DNA of 64,000 bases from Trueperaceae bacterium (GTDB taxonomy: Bacteria > Deinococcota > Deinococci > Deinococcales > Trueperaceae): assembly GCA_030147925.1 (NCBI GenBank), contig JASBUK010000016.1, positions 15,713-79,712 on the forward strand, in the 5' to 3' direction. Made by a program: the position numbers and the translations under genes. Shown one piece after another: positions 26,929-36,243 of this stretch (positions are counted from its first letter, which is position 1; each line of letters starts with the position of its first letter). Below the pieces are notes generated by a model. It did no database searches and was not told the DNA's origin. It worked only from the letters and a program-made list of their open reading frames with translations.

Positions 26929-29586
26929 TCAGTTGGTTGTGCGAGCCAATACTTCCTCTAACGTGGTGATGCCCTGAAAAGCTTTTTGGATACCATCTTC
27001 GCGCAAGGTCCTCATGCCGTTTGTGGTGGCAATATCCTTGATCTCCGAGGCTGACTTGTCTTTGACGATAGCCGCTTCAATATCGTCATCCACTGCCAAC
27101 AGTTCGTGGATAGCGTAACGTCCGTTGTAACCACTGCCACTACATTTTTCACAGCCGACGCCGCGATAGAGTTTTTGGCCCTGAATAGCCTCTTCGTTTA
27201 GACCAATTCTCCTTAGGACATCGGGATCGGGAGTATATTCGATTTTGCAGTTATTACAGACCTTACGCACCAGGCGCTGTGCCAGCACGCCCAGTAGGGA
27301 AGCCGAGATATTAAAGGGCTCAATGCCCATTTCGGCTAAACGGGTTACCGCCCCTGAAGCGTCGTTGGTGTGCAAAGTGGCGATGAGCAGGTGACCGGTC
27401 AATGCGGCTTCGACAGCAATTTTAGCCGTTTCGGTGTCACGAATCTCGCCGACCATAATGATGTCGGGGTCTTGGCGTAAAAAGGCCCGCAGAGCCCTGG
27501 CAAAATCCAAACCCGCCTTGATGTTGACCTGGGTTTGGTTGATGCCGGGAATTTCATATTCGACCGGATCTTCGATTGTAGTCACATTGACTTCGGGCAA
27601 GGCGATACGCTTAAGAACCGAAAAGGTGGTAAAGGATTTACCGGAACCTGTAGGGCCGGTAATCAGAAACATGCCGTAAGGTTTCTGAATGATGTCTTCA
27701 AAACGCTGGAAATTATAGTCGGCGAAACCAAGCTGTTCAATTTCGGGAATATTACTGGCCTTTTTGAGGATACGCATCACCGACTTCTCGCCATAAACCG
27801 TAGGCAAGGTGGAAAGGCGCAGATCGACTTCTGCGCTTTTGTCTTTAAAGCGGACACGCCCGTCTTGGGGGACGCGCCGCTCGGCGATGTTGAGTCCGCC
27901 CATGATCTTTATGCGGGCGGCCATAGCTCCGGCTGCGGCTTTGGGCATGGTCATATACTCGCGCAAGCTACCGTCTTTGCGTACGCGAATGACGACTTTA
28001 TCGGGTCGAGGTTCTACGTGAATATCAGAGATGTCATTGATGATGGCCTCGCGGATGATGTTGTTAACCACCTTGACCAGCGCGTTATCGTCAATCGCGC
28101 TTTCAGTTTCCTCTTCTTTAGCTGGCCCGCCCACTTCCTCAAGTACCGCTTTTGCCAGCTCGTCCATGTCTTCGCCATCGCGATAAAAGCGGTTGATGAG
28201 TTTATTAAGGATTTCCTCGGTGGCTACAGCCGGTTGGATGTCCTTGCCGGTGATTAGTTTGATGTCATCAAGGGCAAAGACGTGTCTGGGGTCTTTCATG
28301 GCTACTATTAGCGTGTTGCCTTCCAGACTAATGGGCATGGCGCTATAGCGCCTTACCGTGCTTTCGGGAACCAGGCTGACTACATAAGGGTCCACTTTGG
28401 CGTTGTTTTCGTCGATGAAATCGTAGCCAAGTTGCATGGCCAGGCTTTTAGCTAGCATCTCCGGACTTATCTTGCCCGATTGAACCAGGGTATCCTCGAG
28501 CCGCCCACCGCCGGAGCGCTGGCGGTTTAGCGCATCATCAACGTCTTTTTTCAGGACATAGCCCAGGTCAACCAAAATTTCGCCAAGGGGTTTGACGCGG
28601 CCAAGTTTGGCCTGTTCGGCTAAGGCTTTTCTGAGTTGTTCGCGTTTTAGCTTCTTGTTCTCTAAGAGTGTTTCGCCCAGCCGACCCTTATCACCGGCAT
28701 ACATAATTTCGATACGCTGGTGGATTTCACCCTCGGGGCTGCAGACAAAGCCTAAAGGCTGCTGCACGATGGCCTCAATATCCGGGATTCTGCGGGGGTC
28801 GGAGATGGCTACTAAGAGCTGGCCGTTTGCCTCTTTGTAGGGAACGGCATTAAACTGCACTGCATCGAGTCTTAGTAAGTGCGCAGATAGCTTATCGTTG
28901 ATCTCGGCATCATCAAGATGTTCGATATAAGGGATGTTGACCTGTTTGGCGAGAAGTTGTGCCAGTGTTTGTTCGGTCATCACACCTTGCTTGATGAGGA
29001 TGCGACCCAATAAACCGCCGGTGCGCTGTTGCTCTTCGACGGCTTTTTGCAACTGCGCTTCGTTTATATAGCCCTCAGTTAGGGCTAGGGTACCCAGCCG
29101 TTGACTGATATCAACTTCAAAGTCTTTAGGAGGGGTTAAGCCAAGTTCAGGATAATAGGTAGCAAAGGCCCAGTCCAATTCTTTGCGCAAGGCTTGATAA
29201 GGTTCAACCGTGCAGTCTGAACTGTCTTCGACTTCTTCTATGGCCAGGGCGTCTAGAGGATCACCAAAGGCTACGCGAAGGCGTTTACCGTCTAAAGCAA
29301 AAGGCAGTGCGTCAAGCTCTTGTGCCAGTTCGGCGGGGATTTTTGCCAGGGCTTCCGGCATTACATCGACACGCGGCAAGACCACCAGGGGAATACCGAT
29401 AGATTCCTCAATGGCTCGAGCTATACGTTGCTCGGAAATCACGCCAATGGAAACAAGAATATCGGCCAGACGTCCCCCGACTTCGGCGTGGCGGCTGATC
29501 GCCTGCTGCAGATTGTCATCGTTGACGTAGCCGCGCTCTAAAAGAACGGCTCCCAGCCTTTTATCACCGATGGACAGAACTGCCAT
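26929..29586 (-). CDS. pilB: type IV pilus assembly ATPase with triplicated N-terminal GSPII/MshEN-like domains (PilF-like)
   Basis: 885 aa. Three N-terminal modules each open with 'RLG..LL..G' and run ~130-175 aa. Walker A 'GPTGSGKSFT', 'VGEIRD', and the tetracysteine 'CNNC...CEKC'. Confidence 0.9.
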   Translation of the reverse strand: MAVLSIGDKRLGAVLLERGYVNDDNLQQAISRHAEVGGRLADILVSIGVISEQRIARAIEESIGIPLVVLPRVDVMPEALAKIPAELAQELDALPFALDGKRLRVAFGDPLDALAIEEVEDSSDCTVEPYQALRKELDWAFATYYPELGLTPPKDFEVDISQRLGTLALTEGYINEAQLQKAVEEQQRTGGLLGRILIKQGVMTEQTLAQLLAKQVNIPYIEHLDDAEINDKLSAHLLRLDAVQFNAVPYKEANGQLLVAISDPRRIPDIEAIVQQPLGFVCSPEGEIHQRIEIMYAGDKGRLGETLLENKKLKREQLRKALAEQAKLGRVKPLGEILVDLGYVLKKDVDDALNRQRSGGGRLEDTLVQSGKISPEMLAKSLAMQLGYDFIDENNAKVDPYVVSLVPESTVRRYSAMPISLEGNTLIVAMKDPRHVFALDDIKLITGKDIQPAVATEEILNKLINRFYRDGEDMDELAKAVLEEVGGPAKEEETESAIDDNALVKVVNNIIREAIINDISDIHVEPRPDKVVIRVRKDGSLREYMTMPKAAAGAMAARIKIMGGLNIAERRVPQDGRVRFKDKSAEVDLRLSTLPTVYGEKSVMRILKKASNIPEIEQLGFADYNFQRFEDIIQKPYGMFLITGPTGSGKSFTTFSVLKRIALPEVNVTTIEDPVEYEIPGINQTQVNIKAGLDFARALRAFLRQDPDIIMVGEIRDTETAKIAVEAALTGHLLIATLHTNDASGAVTRLAEMGIEPFNISASLLGVLAQRLVRKVCNNCKIEYTPDPDVLRRIGLNEEAIQGQKLYRGVGCEKCSGSGYNGRYAIHELLAVDDDIEAAIVKDKSASEIKDIATTNGMRTLREDGIQKAFQGITTLEEVLARTTN

Positions 29587-30067
29587 GGTTACCTCCTCGC
29601 AAGATAATCTCCTCTAATTTGCGGGCTGCGCGAGTATGCAGCAATTTGCCTGCGGACAAAGGTGTTACTAAAATCGACATCACCCCTATAAGATTAGCCC
29701 CTAAGACGTCGGTGAAAAGCTGATCGCCGATCATGGCGGTCTCGGCAGCTTTTGTTCCCAAGAGCTTTAAGCCTTTACGAAAGGCAAAGGTAAAAGGCTT
29801 ACCGACTAATGGTAGACCGATTATGCCCAATTCCTGCGACCAGCGCTTAACGCGCTCGCGTTTGCCGTTGCTCAACATCAAAACGGGTATCTGGGCTTGC
29901 TGTAGGCTCTTGATCCAGTGCCGGTAGTTTGGTTTGAGCGTTTCAGCATTGGCAGCTACTAAAGTGTCATCGAGATCAACCATAACGGCGCGAATCCCGT
30001 ATTCTTTGAGCAAGGCAGGGCTTAACTCATGTGCTGAACTGACGACCAAATCTGGCTTAAGCAGCAT
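29564..30067 (-). CDS. HAD-IIIA phosphatase, YqeG-like
   Basis: 'VMVDLDDTLV' (DxDxT) and 'MIGDQLFTDV'. It overlaps the pilB start by 23 nt. Confidence 0.7.
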   Translation of the reverse strand: MLLKPDLVVSSAHELSPALLKEYGIRAVMVDLDDTLVAANAETLKPNYRHWIKSLQQAQIPVLMLSNGKRERVKRWSQELGIIGLPLVGKPFTFAFRKGLKLLGTKAAETAMIGDQLFTDVLGANLIGVMSILVTPLSAGKLLHTRAARKLEEIILRGGNHGSSVHR

Positions 30068-30164
30068 GAATCAATTTAACACGGGTTTTACTTACAGAAA
30101 ACTAACAATGTCACGTTAACTGCGATGCTGTTGCTGTTTTGACCAGAAGGCTTAGATCTAAGCC

Positions 30165-31043
30165 CTAAACCCCAGGAATTTGCATGGCTTCGTTAAACAG
30201 AGCTGTAAATGTTTCAGGGTCGTCAAGCCAGGGGTAATGACCGCTTTCCAAGAGGCTGACCAGCGCCTGGGGCATGGCTTCTAAGACTAATTCAGCCTGA
30301 TCCGGATAGGAGGTTTTGTCCTGCTGTCCGAGCAAGATTACCGTAGGCTGTTTGAGCTCTGAGAGATTGCCCGTGACGGATTGTTGCCAGACATCCTCGG
30401 GCGGTTCATCGTTCACGCTGCCGAATAAGATCTCGGCGTCGCTGTGTTCCAAACGCAGCCGACTGGCGGCTTTGGGAAACTCCATAGCGTCCCAGAGCTG
30501 TTTGCTGGCAATCCAGCTCAGGGCTTGATTGAGCACCTCTTGTGGTTCAAAGTCACCTTCGTTTAGGGTGTGTTCCGGTGGCAAGGCCAGATCATCGTTG
30601 GCGCTAAGTCTAGCGGCCTCGCGCTGCATACTGCGGCTGAGCCGACGCATGTCTACCCAGGGATTGACCAAGATGAGCCGTTCGATACGCTCCTGTAACC
30701 GCTGGGCGGCGCTAAGCGCTATCAGAGCTCCGTAACCGTGCGCCAGGAGGGTAACTCGCTCGATATTGTAGGCATCTAAAATGGCTTCTACGTCATTACT
30801 GAGCGTATTTATTGAGGCCTCGCTGTCACTGCTTAAACTGCGCCCTCCGTTGCGCTGGTCGGCGTAAATCATGCGATAAGTCAGCAGTTCATCACCCATG
30901 AGGTCGCGAAAGGAGTGGCTATTGTAACCGGGGCCACCATGAAGATACAAAACAGCCGGGGCGTTACGCGGGCCGACGATTTCGGTATAAAGCTCGGCGT
31001 TTTTGGCTAAGACATAATTGCTTTCATCTAAAAATTCAGACAC
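30165..31043 (-). CDS. alpha/beta-hydrolase fold protein (proline-iminopeptidase-like); the nucleophile elbow lacks Ser
   Basis: 'LYLHGGPG' oxyanion region. The elbow reads 'LLAHGYGA' where G-H-S-x-G is expected. Confidence 0.7.
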   Translation of the reverse strand: MSEFLDESNYVLAKNAELYTEIVGPRNAPAVLYLHGGPGYNSHSFRDLMGDELLTYRMIYADQRNGGRSLSSDSEASINTLSNDVEAILDAYNIERVTLLAHGYGALIALSAAQRLQERIERLILVNPWVDMRRLSRSMQREAARLSANDDLALPPEHTLNEGDFEPQEVLNQALSWIASKQLWDAMEFPKAASRLRLEHSDAEILFGSVNDEPPEDVWQQSVTGNLSELKQPTVILLGQQDKTSYPDQAELVLEAMPQALVSLLESGHYPWLDDPETFTALFNEAMQIPGV

Positions 31044-31089
31044 AACCGTATGCTAAGAGCAAAAAGGGCTGCTGGCAAGGCCCTAGGTT

Positions 31090-31428
31090 TCAAAGCCTGC
31101 GAAATGACCAGACCCGGGCCTTATCAGGCCAGTGAATCTGGGGGGCTTTATTAAACTCGGCTACGAGAAGATAGAGGTCTGCTTGTTCAAGACTGGCCAG
31201 GATTTGCGTGTTTTGGCAGGTTGGGTCTTGCTTAAACCTCTGGGCTAAGTGCTCGAGCTCTGCTCGTGCGGTCAGTCCGCTAAGTTCAATAAATATCATC
31301 AGCATAAGCAAAACTAAGTCTAATGCAACAGGGGAGTGAAGATGGCAACCTATATTCTCCGAGTTAAACAGCTTGCTTTGCGCATAATAACTTTGCAAGC
31401 TGTAAACATTTCTCTTGTTAATAGCCAC
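31090..31428 (-). CDS. hypothetical protein
   Basis: 112-aa ORF with no recognisable motifs, divergent from the DUF4258-like gene. Confidence 0.3.
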   Translation of the reverse strand: MAINKRNVYSLQSYYAQSKLFNSENIGCHLHSPVALDLVLLMLMIFIELSGLTARAELEHLAQRFKQDPTCQNTQILASLEQADLYLLVAEFNKAPQIHWPDKARVWSFRRL

Positions 31429-31525
31429 TTTATAATGCCGATATCGCTAGTCGGGAGGAGCCTATGAGCGGAGTGAGAACAGCATCAGCCCATGCCTTCC
31501 TTAGAATTTTTTGGAGGACAAGGCG

Positions 31526-31924
31526 ATGAAATGCCCCCGCATTCGCACCCTCAAGGATTTGCAACCGCTGATTCGCCAGGGGAAATACCGCATTGGCGCC
31601 CACGCCGCTAAACATGCGGCCTGTGAAGGCTTTACCGAAAAAGACATAGTGGCGGCCATGTTATATGGCCGGGAACTCTTGCGCTATATAGAAGACGAAC
31701 GTCTTTTGGCGCTTGGCTATCTCAGGCCCAGCCGACAAGTGGAGATTCCGCTACATGTAGTGCTTGAATATGCCAAACCGCGCTGGGTCGATGTAGTTAC
31801 GGCCTTTATCCCTAAAGATGCCTATCAAGTCGTGTCGCGGGCGCGTTTGGCCGAGATGTTGCGTCATGATCGTGAGGAGCCGCTGCTAAACTCTCTGGCT
31901 AAAGATCGCTCGAGCCGTCGTTAA
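31526..31924 (+). CDS. DUF4258-like small protein (toxin-like fold family)
   Basis: 'RIGAHAAKHAACEGFTEKDIVAAMLYGR' resembles the DUF4258 core. ATG 31526 is preceded by GGAGGA 7 nt upstream. Confidence 0.55.
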   Translation: MKCPRIRTLKDLQPLIRQGKYRIGAHAAKHAACEGFTEKDIVAAMLYGRELLRYIEDERLLALGYLRPSRQVEIPLHVVLEYAKPRWVDVVTAFIPKDAYQVVSRARLAEMLRHDREEPLLNSLAKDRSSRR

Positions 31925-32706
31925 AGACCATAAATACGTCTGGCGTTGGCATCGGTATAGGCCTCTACAGCAGCTAAAGATTCTCCCCGCAACTCCGCTA
32001 AAAACTCGGCGGTGAAACGTACATTGGCCGGTACGTTGCGTTTGCCGCGTTTAGCCTGCGGTGTTAGGTAAGGGCTGTCAGTTTCAATCAACAGACGGTC
32101 TTGCGGAATATGCTTAGCGGCGTCTTGTAAATCGGTAGCGCTCTTATAGGTCAAGTTGCCGGCAAATGACACCATCCAGCCTAGTTCCAAGCCTGTTTCT
32201 AGGAGCTGCTGATGTCCGTTAAAACAGTGCAAGATGCCCTTGGAATAGCCTAGGGTTTTCATCATCTCGGCGCTGGCCAGCGAGGCCGTTTCCTGGTTTT
32301 GTTTGTCTCTTACGTGCAAGATAAGCGCTTTGTTCAAATCTGCGGCTAATTCGGCTTGCCAGGCAAAGCTCGAGCGCTGCAGCTCTAAACTTTCCTTATC
32401 CCAATAGTTGTCAAAACCCGTCTCGCCAATGGCCACAACTTTGGGATGCCGGGCCAAGACGGCGATTTCTTGACGCACATCGGCTTGTGCTTCGCTGGCG
32501 TTGTTAGGGTGAATACCCACCGCCGCCCAGACGTTGTCAAAACGTTCGGCAAGTTTGATAGTTTTCTGGCAACGAGAAAGGCTGGTACCAATGCTTATGA
32601 TGGCGTCTAGACTCGGGTCGGCGGCTGCTTCGGGGTCGTCACAGTAATCAAGATGGCAGTGGCTGTCGATCATTTGAGTATCATACCGGGCAAACCCCGG
32701 ATACAT
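31921..32706 (-). CDS. tatD: TatD-family metal-dependent hydrolase
   Basis: 'IDSHCHLD', 'GETGFD', 'ILHCF', 'LLIETDSPYL'. Confidence 0.85.
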   Translation of the reverse strand: MYPGFARYDTQMIDSHCHLDYCDDPEAAADPSLDAIISIGTSLSRCQKTIKLAERFDNVWAAVGIHPNNASEAQADVRQEIAVLARHPKVVAIGETGFDNYWDKESLELQRSSFAWQAELAADLNKALILHVRDKQNQETASLASAEMMKTLGYSKGILHCFNGHQQLLETGLELGWMVSFAGNLTYKSATDLQDAAKHIPQDRLLIETDSPYLTPQAKRGKRNVPANVRFTAEFLAELRGESLAAVEAYTDANARRIYGL

Positions 32707-32869
32707 TTGTTAATTTGCAGTGGGCTAGCTAGCTTGGCCAAACGGCATCAGTATCACCTGACAGTTTCAAAAAACTCAATCTGGGACACCCCTAAAGACC
32801 GTGTGAGAATTTTGTAAGAGTTGTTGAGCTATCTTAAATGCCAGGTAAATGACGGAAGGTGGTCTTAAC

Positions 32870-33040
32870 ATGGTGCAAGAAGCTCAGCTCAGCGACAAGA
32901 TTCAAAACTTCACCAATCAGGAACTGCGTGACATAATTGCCCGCTGCGAAGATGTCATCTCGGATGGCTCGGCCAGAATCGAAGACTATGAGGCCTTTGT
33001 ATTGTGCCAGCAGGAGCTTTCCCGCCGTACCTGGAATTGA
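32870..33040 (+). CDS. small hypothetical protein
   Basis: 56-codon ORF with GGAAGGTGG 8 nt upstream of ATG 32870. No homology recognised. Confidence 0.3.
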   Translation: MVQEAQLSDKIQNFTNQELRDIIARCEDVISDGSARIEDYEAFVLCQQELSRRTWN

Positions 33041-33196
33041 TTTCTTTATTGTTTAACTTGTTCCCAATACGAAGTTAAAGCTGTCAATAACGGCATTTAT
33101 CTGAATATTTTGTTAGTCGCGCTACATTGAGCGCGCACATAATTTTTGCGCTCAACCTTTAAAGCTTTGCCAGCCACATTTCCTATAATTTTTAAG

Positions 33197-33922
33197 ATGT
33201 CGAGTTTTTTGCTTTCTGCAAAAAAGCCGCGTCGCATAATGGATGTCGTGCTTCGTCTATTTGTTCTTATCTCACTGCTAGTATCGCTGGCAGCTTGCGC
33301 TCCTAGCGCCGCACCTTTGGCAGCCCCTGTCGGTGAACAATTGGGCAGGCAAGGCACCCAATTAACACAAATGTCTTCACAAGTAGTGGCAAATCGAATC
33401 GAAGAGGGCCTTGCTTCTTGGTATGGTCCGGGTTTTGCTGGTAGGAGAACGGCTAATGGTGAGATTTTCAACCCCTCAGAGCTAACGGCAGCTCACAAGA
33501 GCTTGCCGTTTGGCACACAAGTGCGTGTGCTTAATTTAGAAAACGGACGCAGTGTGATTGTGCGTATCAATGACCGGGGGCCGTTTCGCCCCGGTCGTAT
33601 CATTGATCTTTCGCGCGCTGCCGCCGAACGCCTGAACATGGTCAGTCGGGGGGTGGCGCGGGTGCGGCTCGAGCTGTTAACGGCTGATGGCTTGCCGGTA
33701 CTCAGCATCGCTTCTTTTTCCGCTCTGAGCAGCTATGACGTAGCCTCAAACCGTTTTGCGCGCGGAGAATTGCTGGTCTTAAAGTCCGCTGTAAATGACC
33801 AACTGGTGTTGGTGCGGGTCATTCGTACCGATATGCCACCGGAATATAATGCCGACTTGCTGGTTTCCCCGGAGCTTTATGATCTATTGGGCGACAAGAT
33901 TGTGGTGGTGGAAAACCCTTAG
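33197..33922 (+). CDS. rlpA: septal ring lytic transglycosylase RlpA-family lipoprotein
   Basis: Lipobox 'LVSLAAC' and DPBB core '[19 protein letters not shown]...[28 protein letters not shown]'. ATG 33239 is an alternative start. Confidence 0.85.
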   Translation: MSSFLLSAKKPRRIMDVVLRLFVLISLLVSLAACAPSAAPLAAPVGEQLGRQGTQLTQMSSQVVANRIEEGLASWYGPGFAGRRTANGEIFNPSELTAAHKSLPFGTQVRVLNLENGRSVIVRINDRGPFRPGRIIDLSRAAAERLNMVSRGVARVRLELLTADGLPVLSIASFSALSSYDVASNRFARGELLVLKSAVNDQLVLVRVIRTDMPPEYNADLLVSPELYDLLGDKIVVVENP

Positions 33923-33961
33923 GATCTCCTTTGGGAAATTGATGTTTTGGCAATTAACACT

Positions 33962-34744
33962 TCACCCCTCGCGCTGACAGGCTTTAGCAATATTGCTTGC
34001 CAGAGAGTCTAAATCTCTAGCCTGGTCAATAGCGGCAATAAGCGCCGAGCCTACCACCACCCCATCTGCCACTGCAGCTACGGCTCGAGCCGTGTCCCCG
34101 CTGGAGACCCCGAACCCTACTGCTATTGGTAAGTCACTCACCGCTTTTATGCTCTTTACCAGGGCCGACACGTCACTGGGTAATTCGTGTCTTGCGCCCG
34201 TGACCCCGGTCACCGAGACCGCATAGACAAAACCACGGCAGGCCCGCGTCACAAATTTTAGACGCGCTTTAGTTGAAGTGGGCGCCACTAAGAAGATGGT
34301 ATCCAGTTGAGCGGCTCGAGCCTCAGCAATAAAATCTTCGCCCTCATCCGGGGGCAAATCCGGCAAGATAATGCCGTCAGCTCCGGCGTCCTTTAAGTCG
34401 TGGGCAAAGCTTTGTCCACCTTGATAACAATAGATGGGATTGTAATAAGTCATGAGGACTAAAGGCTTATCTGTTACGGCTCTAAGCTGTTTTATCAAAG
34501 CAAAAGTTTCTTTGGTGCCGATGCCCTGTTCTAAAGCTTTTTCCGAAGAGCGCTGGATGGTGGGGCCGTCACCCAGAGGGTCGGAATAGGGGAGGCCGAT
34601 TTCGAGTATATCGGCGTGTTTTAGCAGCGTCTTGGCGTGAGTTATAAAGTCTCGTTTATTGGGAAAACCCGCTGTTAAGTAGGGAATAAAAGCGGCCCTG
34701 CCTTCCTGTCTGGCCTGGGCAAAGGCTGCGTCAAGGCGGCTCAT
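33962..34744 (-). CDS. trpA: tryptophan synthase alpha chain
   Basis: '[10 protein letters not shown]', '[19 protein letters not shown]', 'SVTGVTG'. Confidence 0.95.
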   Translation of the reverse strand: MSRLDAAFAQARQEGRAAFIPYLTAGFPNKRDFITHAKTLLKHADILEIGLPYSDPLGDGPTIQRSSEKALEQGIGTKETFALIKQLRAVTDKPLVLMTYYNPIYCYQGGQSFAHDLKDAGADGIILPDLPPDEGEDFIAEARAAQLDTIFLVAPTSTKARLKFVTRACRGFVYAVSVTGVTGARHELPSDVSALVKSIKAVSDLPIAVGFGVSSGDTARAVAAVADGVVVGSALIAAIDQARDLDSLASNIAKACQREG

Positions 34745-35967
34745 GCGCCCGCCGCCACTTGACTTTCACTTAAATTAAGCACACGCATGGCCTCATTTAC
34801 ATCTTTGTCGCCCCGGCCCGAAAGATTGACGACCAGCAACTGGTCTGCTGACAGCTTGGCGGCCAGCTGCATGGCGAAATAGAGCGCATGTGAGCTTTCC
34901 AGCGCCGGGATGATGCCTTCGATTTCACTCAAAGCCCTAAAAGCCTCAAGCGCCTGATTATCGTCAACCGCCACGTATTTGGCGATGCCTTCGTCAGCAT
35001 AGTAAGAATGCTCCGGTCCGACACCCGGATAATCAAGCCCGGCGGATATCGAGTGTGCTGGGCTAATTTGCCCGTTATCATCAGACATCAGATACATCAG
35101 TGAGCCATGTAAAACACCACGCTTGCCCGCCGAAATGCTGGCGGCGTGGGCGCCGCTGCTCAGGCCATGTCCGGCGGCCTCGACGCCGTAGAGTTTGGGC
35201 CGCTGCGCCTTCGTGAGATAGGCGTAGGGCGCAAAAAGACCAATAGCGTTTGAGCCGCCGCCCACACAAGCCACCATAACATCGGGGCTTTGACGGCCTT
35301 CGGCTTCGTGCAATTGCGCCATTGCTTCAAAACCAATGACACTCTGAAAGTCCCTTACCATCATGGGATAAGGGTGTGGGCCGACCACCGAGCCAATGAT
35401 GTAAAAAGTATCGCGAACATTGGTGACCCAGTCGCGGATGGCTTCGTTGGTGGCGTCTTTGAGCGTGCGTGTGCCACTTTTGACCGGACGCACCTCGGCC
35501 CCCAGAAGTTTCATGCGAAAGACGTTTAGTGCCTGCCGCCGGATGTCTTCTTCGCCCATGTAGACCACGCAGTCGAGATCAAAAAGCGCGGCTGCGGTTG
35601 CAGTAGCAACGCCATGCTGACCGGCGCCGGTTTCGGCAATAACGCGCTTTTTGCCCATGCGCACGGCTAAAAGCGCCTGGCCGATGGTGTTGTTGATCTT
35701 ATGTGCCCCAGTGTGATTGAGGTCCTCGCGCTTTAAGTAAATTTTGGCTCCGCCACAGTGCTCACTAAGATTCTTAGCGTAATAGAGCAGGCTGGGACGA
35801 CCTACATAAGTTTTTAGATAACGCCGGAATTCGCTTTGAAACTTTTGGTCCTGGCTGGCTACTAAGTAAGCTTCGGTCAGTTCGTCGAGGGCGGGAATCA
35901 GGGTTTCGGGGACGTAGCGACCACCATAGAGGCCAAAACGTCCGCGCTTATCTGGCAATGGAAACAT
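34741..35967 (-). CDS. trpB: tryptophan synthase beta chain
   Basis: '[11 protein letters not shown]' PLP-Lys motif and 'GGGSNAIG'. ATGA overlap with trpA. Confidence 0.95.
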   Translation of the reverse strand: MFPLPDKRGRFGLYGGRYVPETLIPALDELTEAYLVASQDQKFQSEFRRYLKTYVGRPSLLYYAKNLSEHCGGAKIYLKREDLNHTGAHKINNTIGQALLAVRMGKKRVIAETGAGQHGVATATAAALFDLDCVVYMGEEDIRRQALNVFRMKLLGAEVRPVKSGTRTLKDATNEAIRDWVTNVRDTFYIIGSVVGPHPYPMMVRDFQSVIGFEAMAQLHEAEGRQSPDVMVACVGGGSNAIGLFAPYAYLTKAQRPKLYGVEAAGHGLSSGAHAASISAGKRGVLHGSLMYLMSDDNGQISPAHSISAGLDYPGVGPEHSYYADEGIAKYVAVDDNQALEAFRALSEIEGIIPALESSHALYFAMQLAAKLSADQLLVVNLSGRGDKDVNEAMRVLNLSESQVAAGA

Positions 35968-35989
35968 GAAAACTCCAATAATCGATGTG

Positions 35990-36150
35990 AGGAGAAAGTA
36001 AAGAGACAGTAAAAAGGGGAAAGTAAAAAGTGGTTGGTGGGGGGTAGAAACCCAGTGGTGGAAATTTCTGAAAAAGACTATTCCTATCCACCACTTACTA
36101 CAAACTACCTACTACTCACCACCTACCACTGACTTCTCTATTCTTCCACC
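35990..36150 (+). repeat. intergenic repeat family, long copy B
   Basis: Left arm 'ggagaaagtaaagagacagtaaaaaggggaaAGTAAAAAGTGGttggtgg', right arm 'ttcctatCCACCACTTACTACAAACTACctactactcaccacctaccactgac'. The arms are imperfect inverted repeats. Confidence 0.8.
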
Positions 36151-36243
36151 TTTGATGGTGCCATTTGAAGCTGCGCGGGGTGCGCACGCGTGGTTGAGGC
36201 TTCACAGCCTCATTTTATGTTACGGGGCTTTAAGCGTCCAGTT

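Noticed and set aside
23725-29410. GCTCGAGC-free stretches (leuC-pilT-pilB, about 5.7 kb; ilvD-tctA at 9240-13330, about 4.1 kb; part of nifJ; SPS) as evidence of horizontal transfer.
   Set aside because: Unlike the RT island, these regions have native-looking GC content and encode core functions. With about 1 site per kb, gaps of this size may arise from clustering. Genome-wide statistics are needed before this can be interpreted.
36196-36211. Hairpin GAGGCT-tcac-AGCCTC as a terminator after the APH-like gene.
   Set aside because: The stem is short (6 bp), and there is no U-tract on the minus strand where the gene lies.
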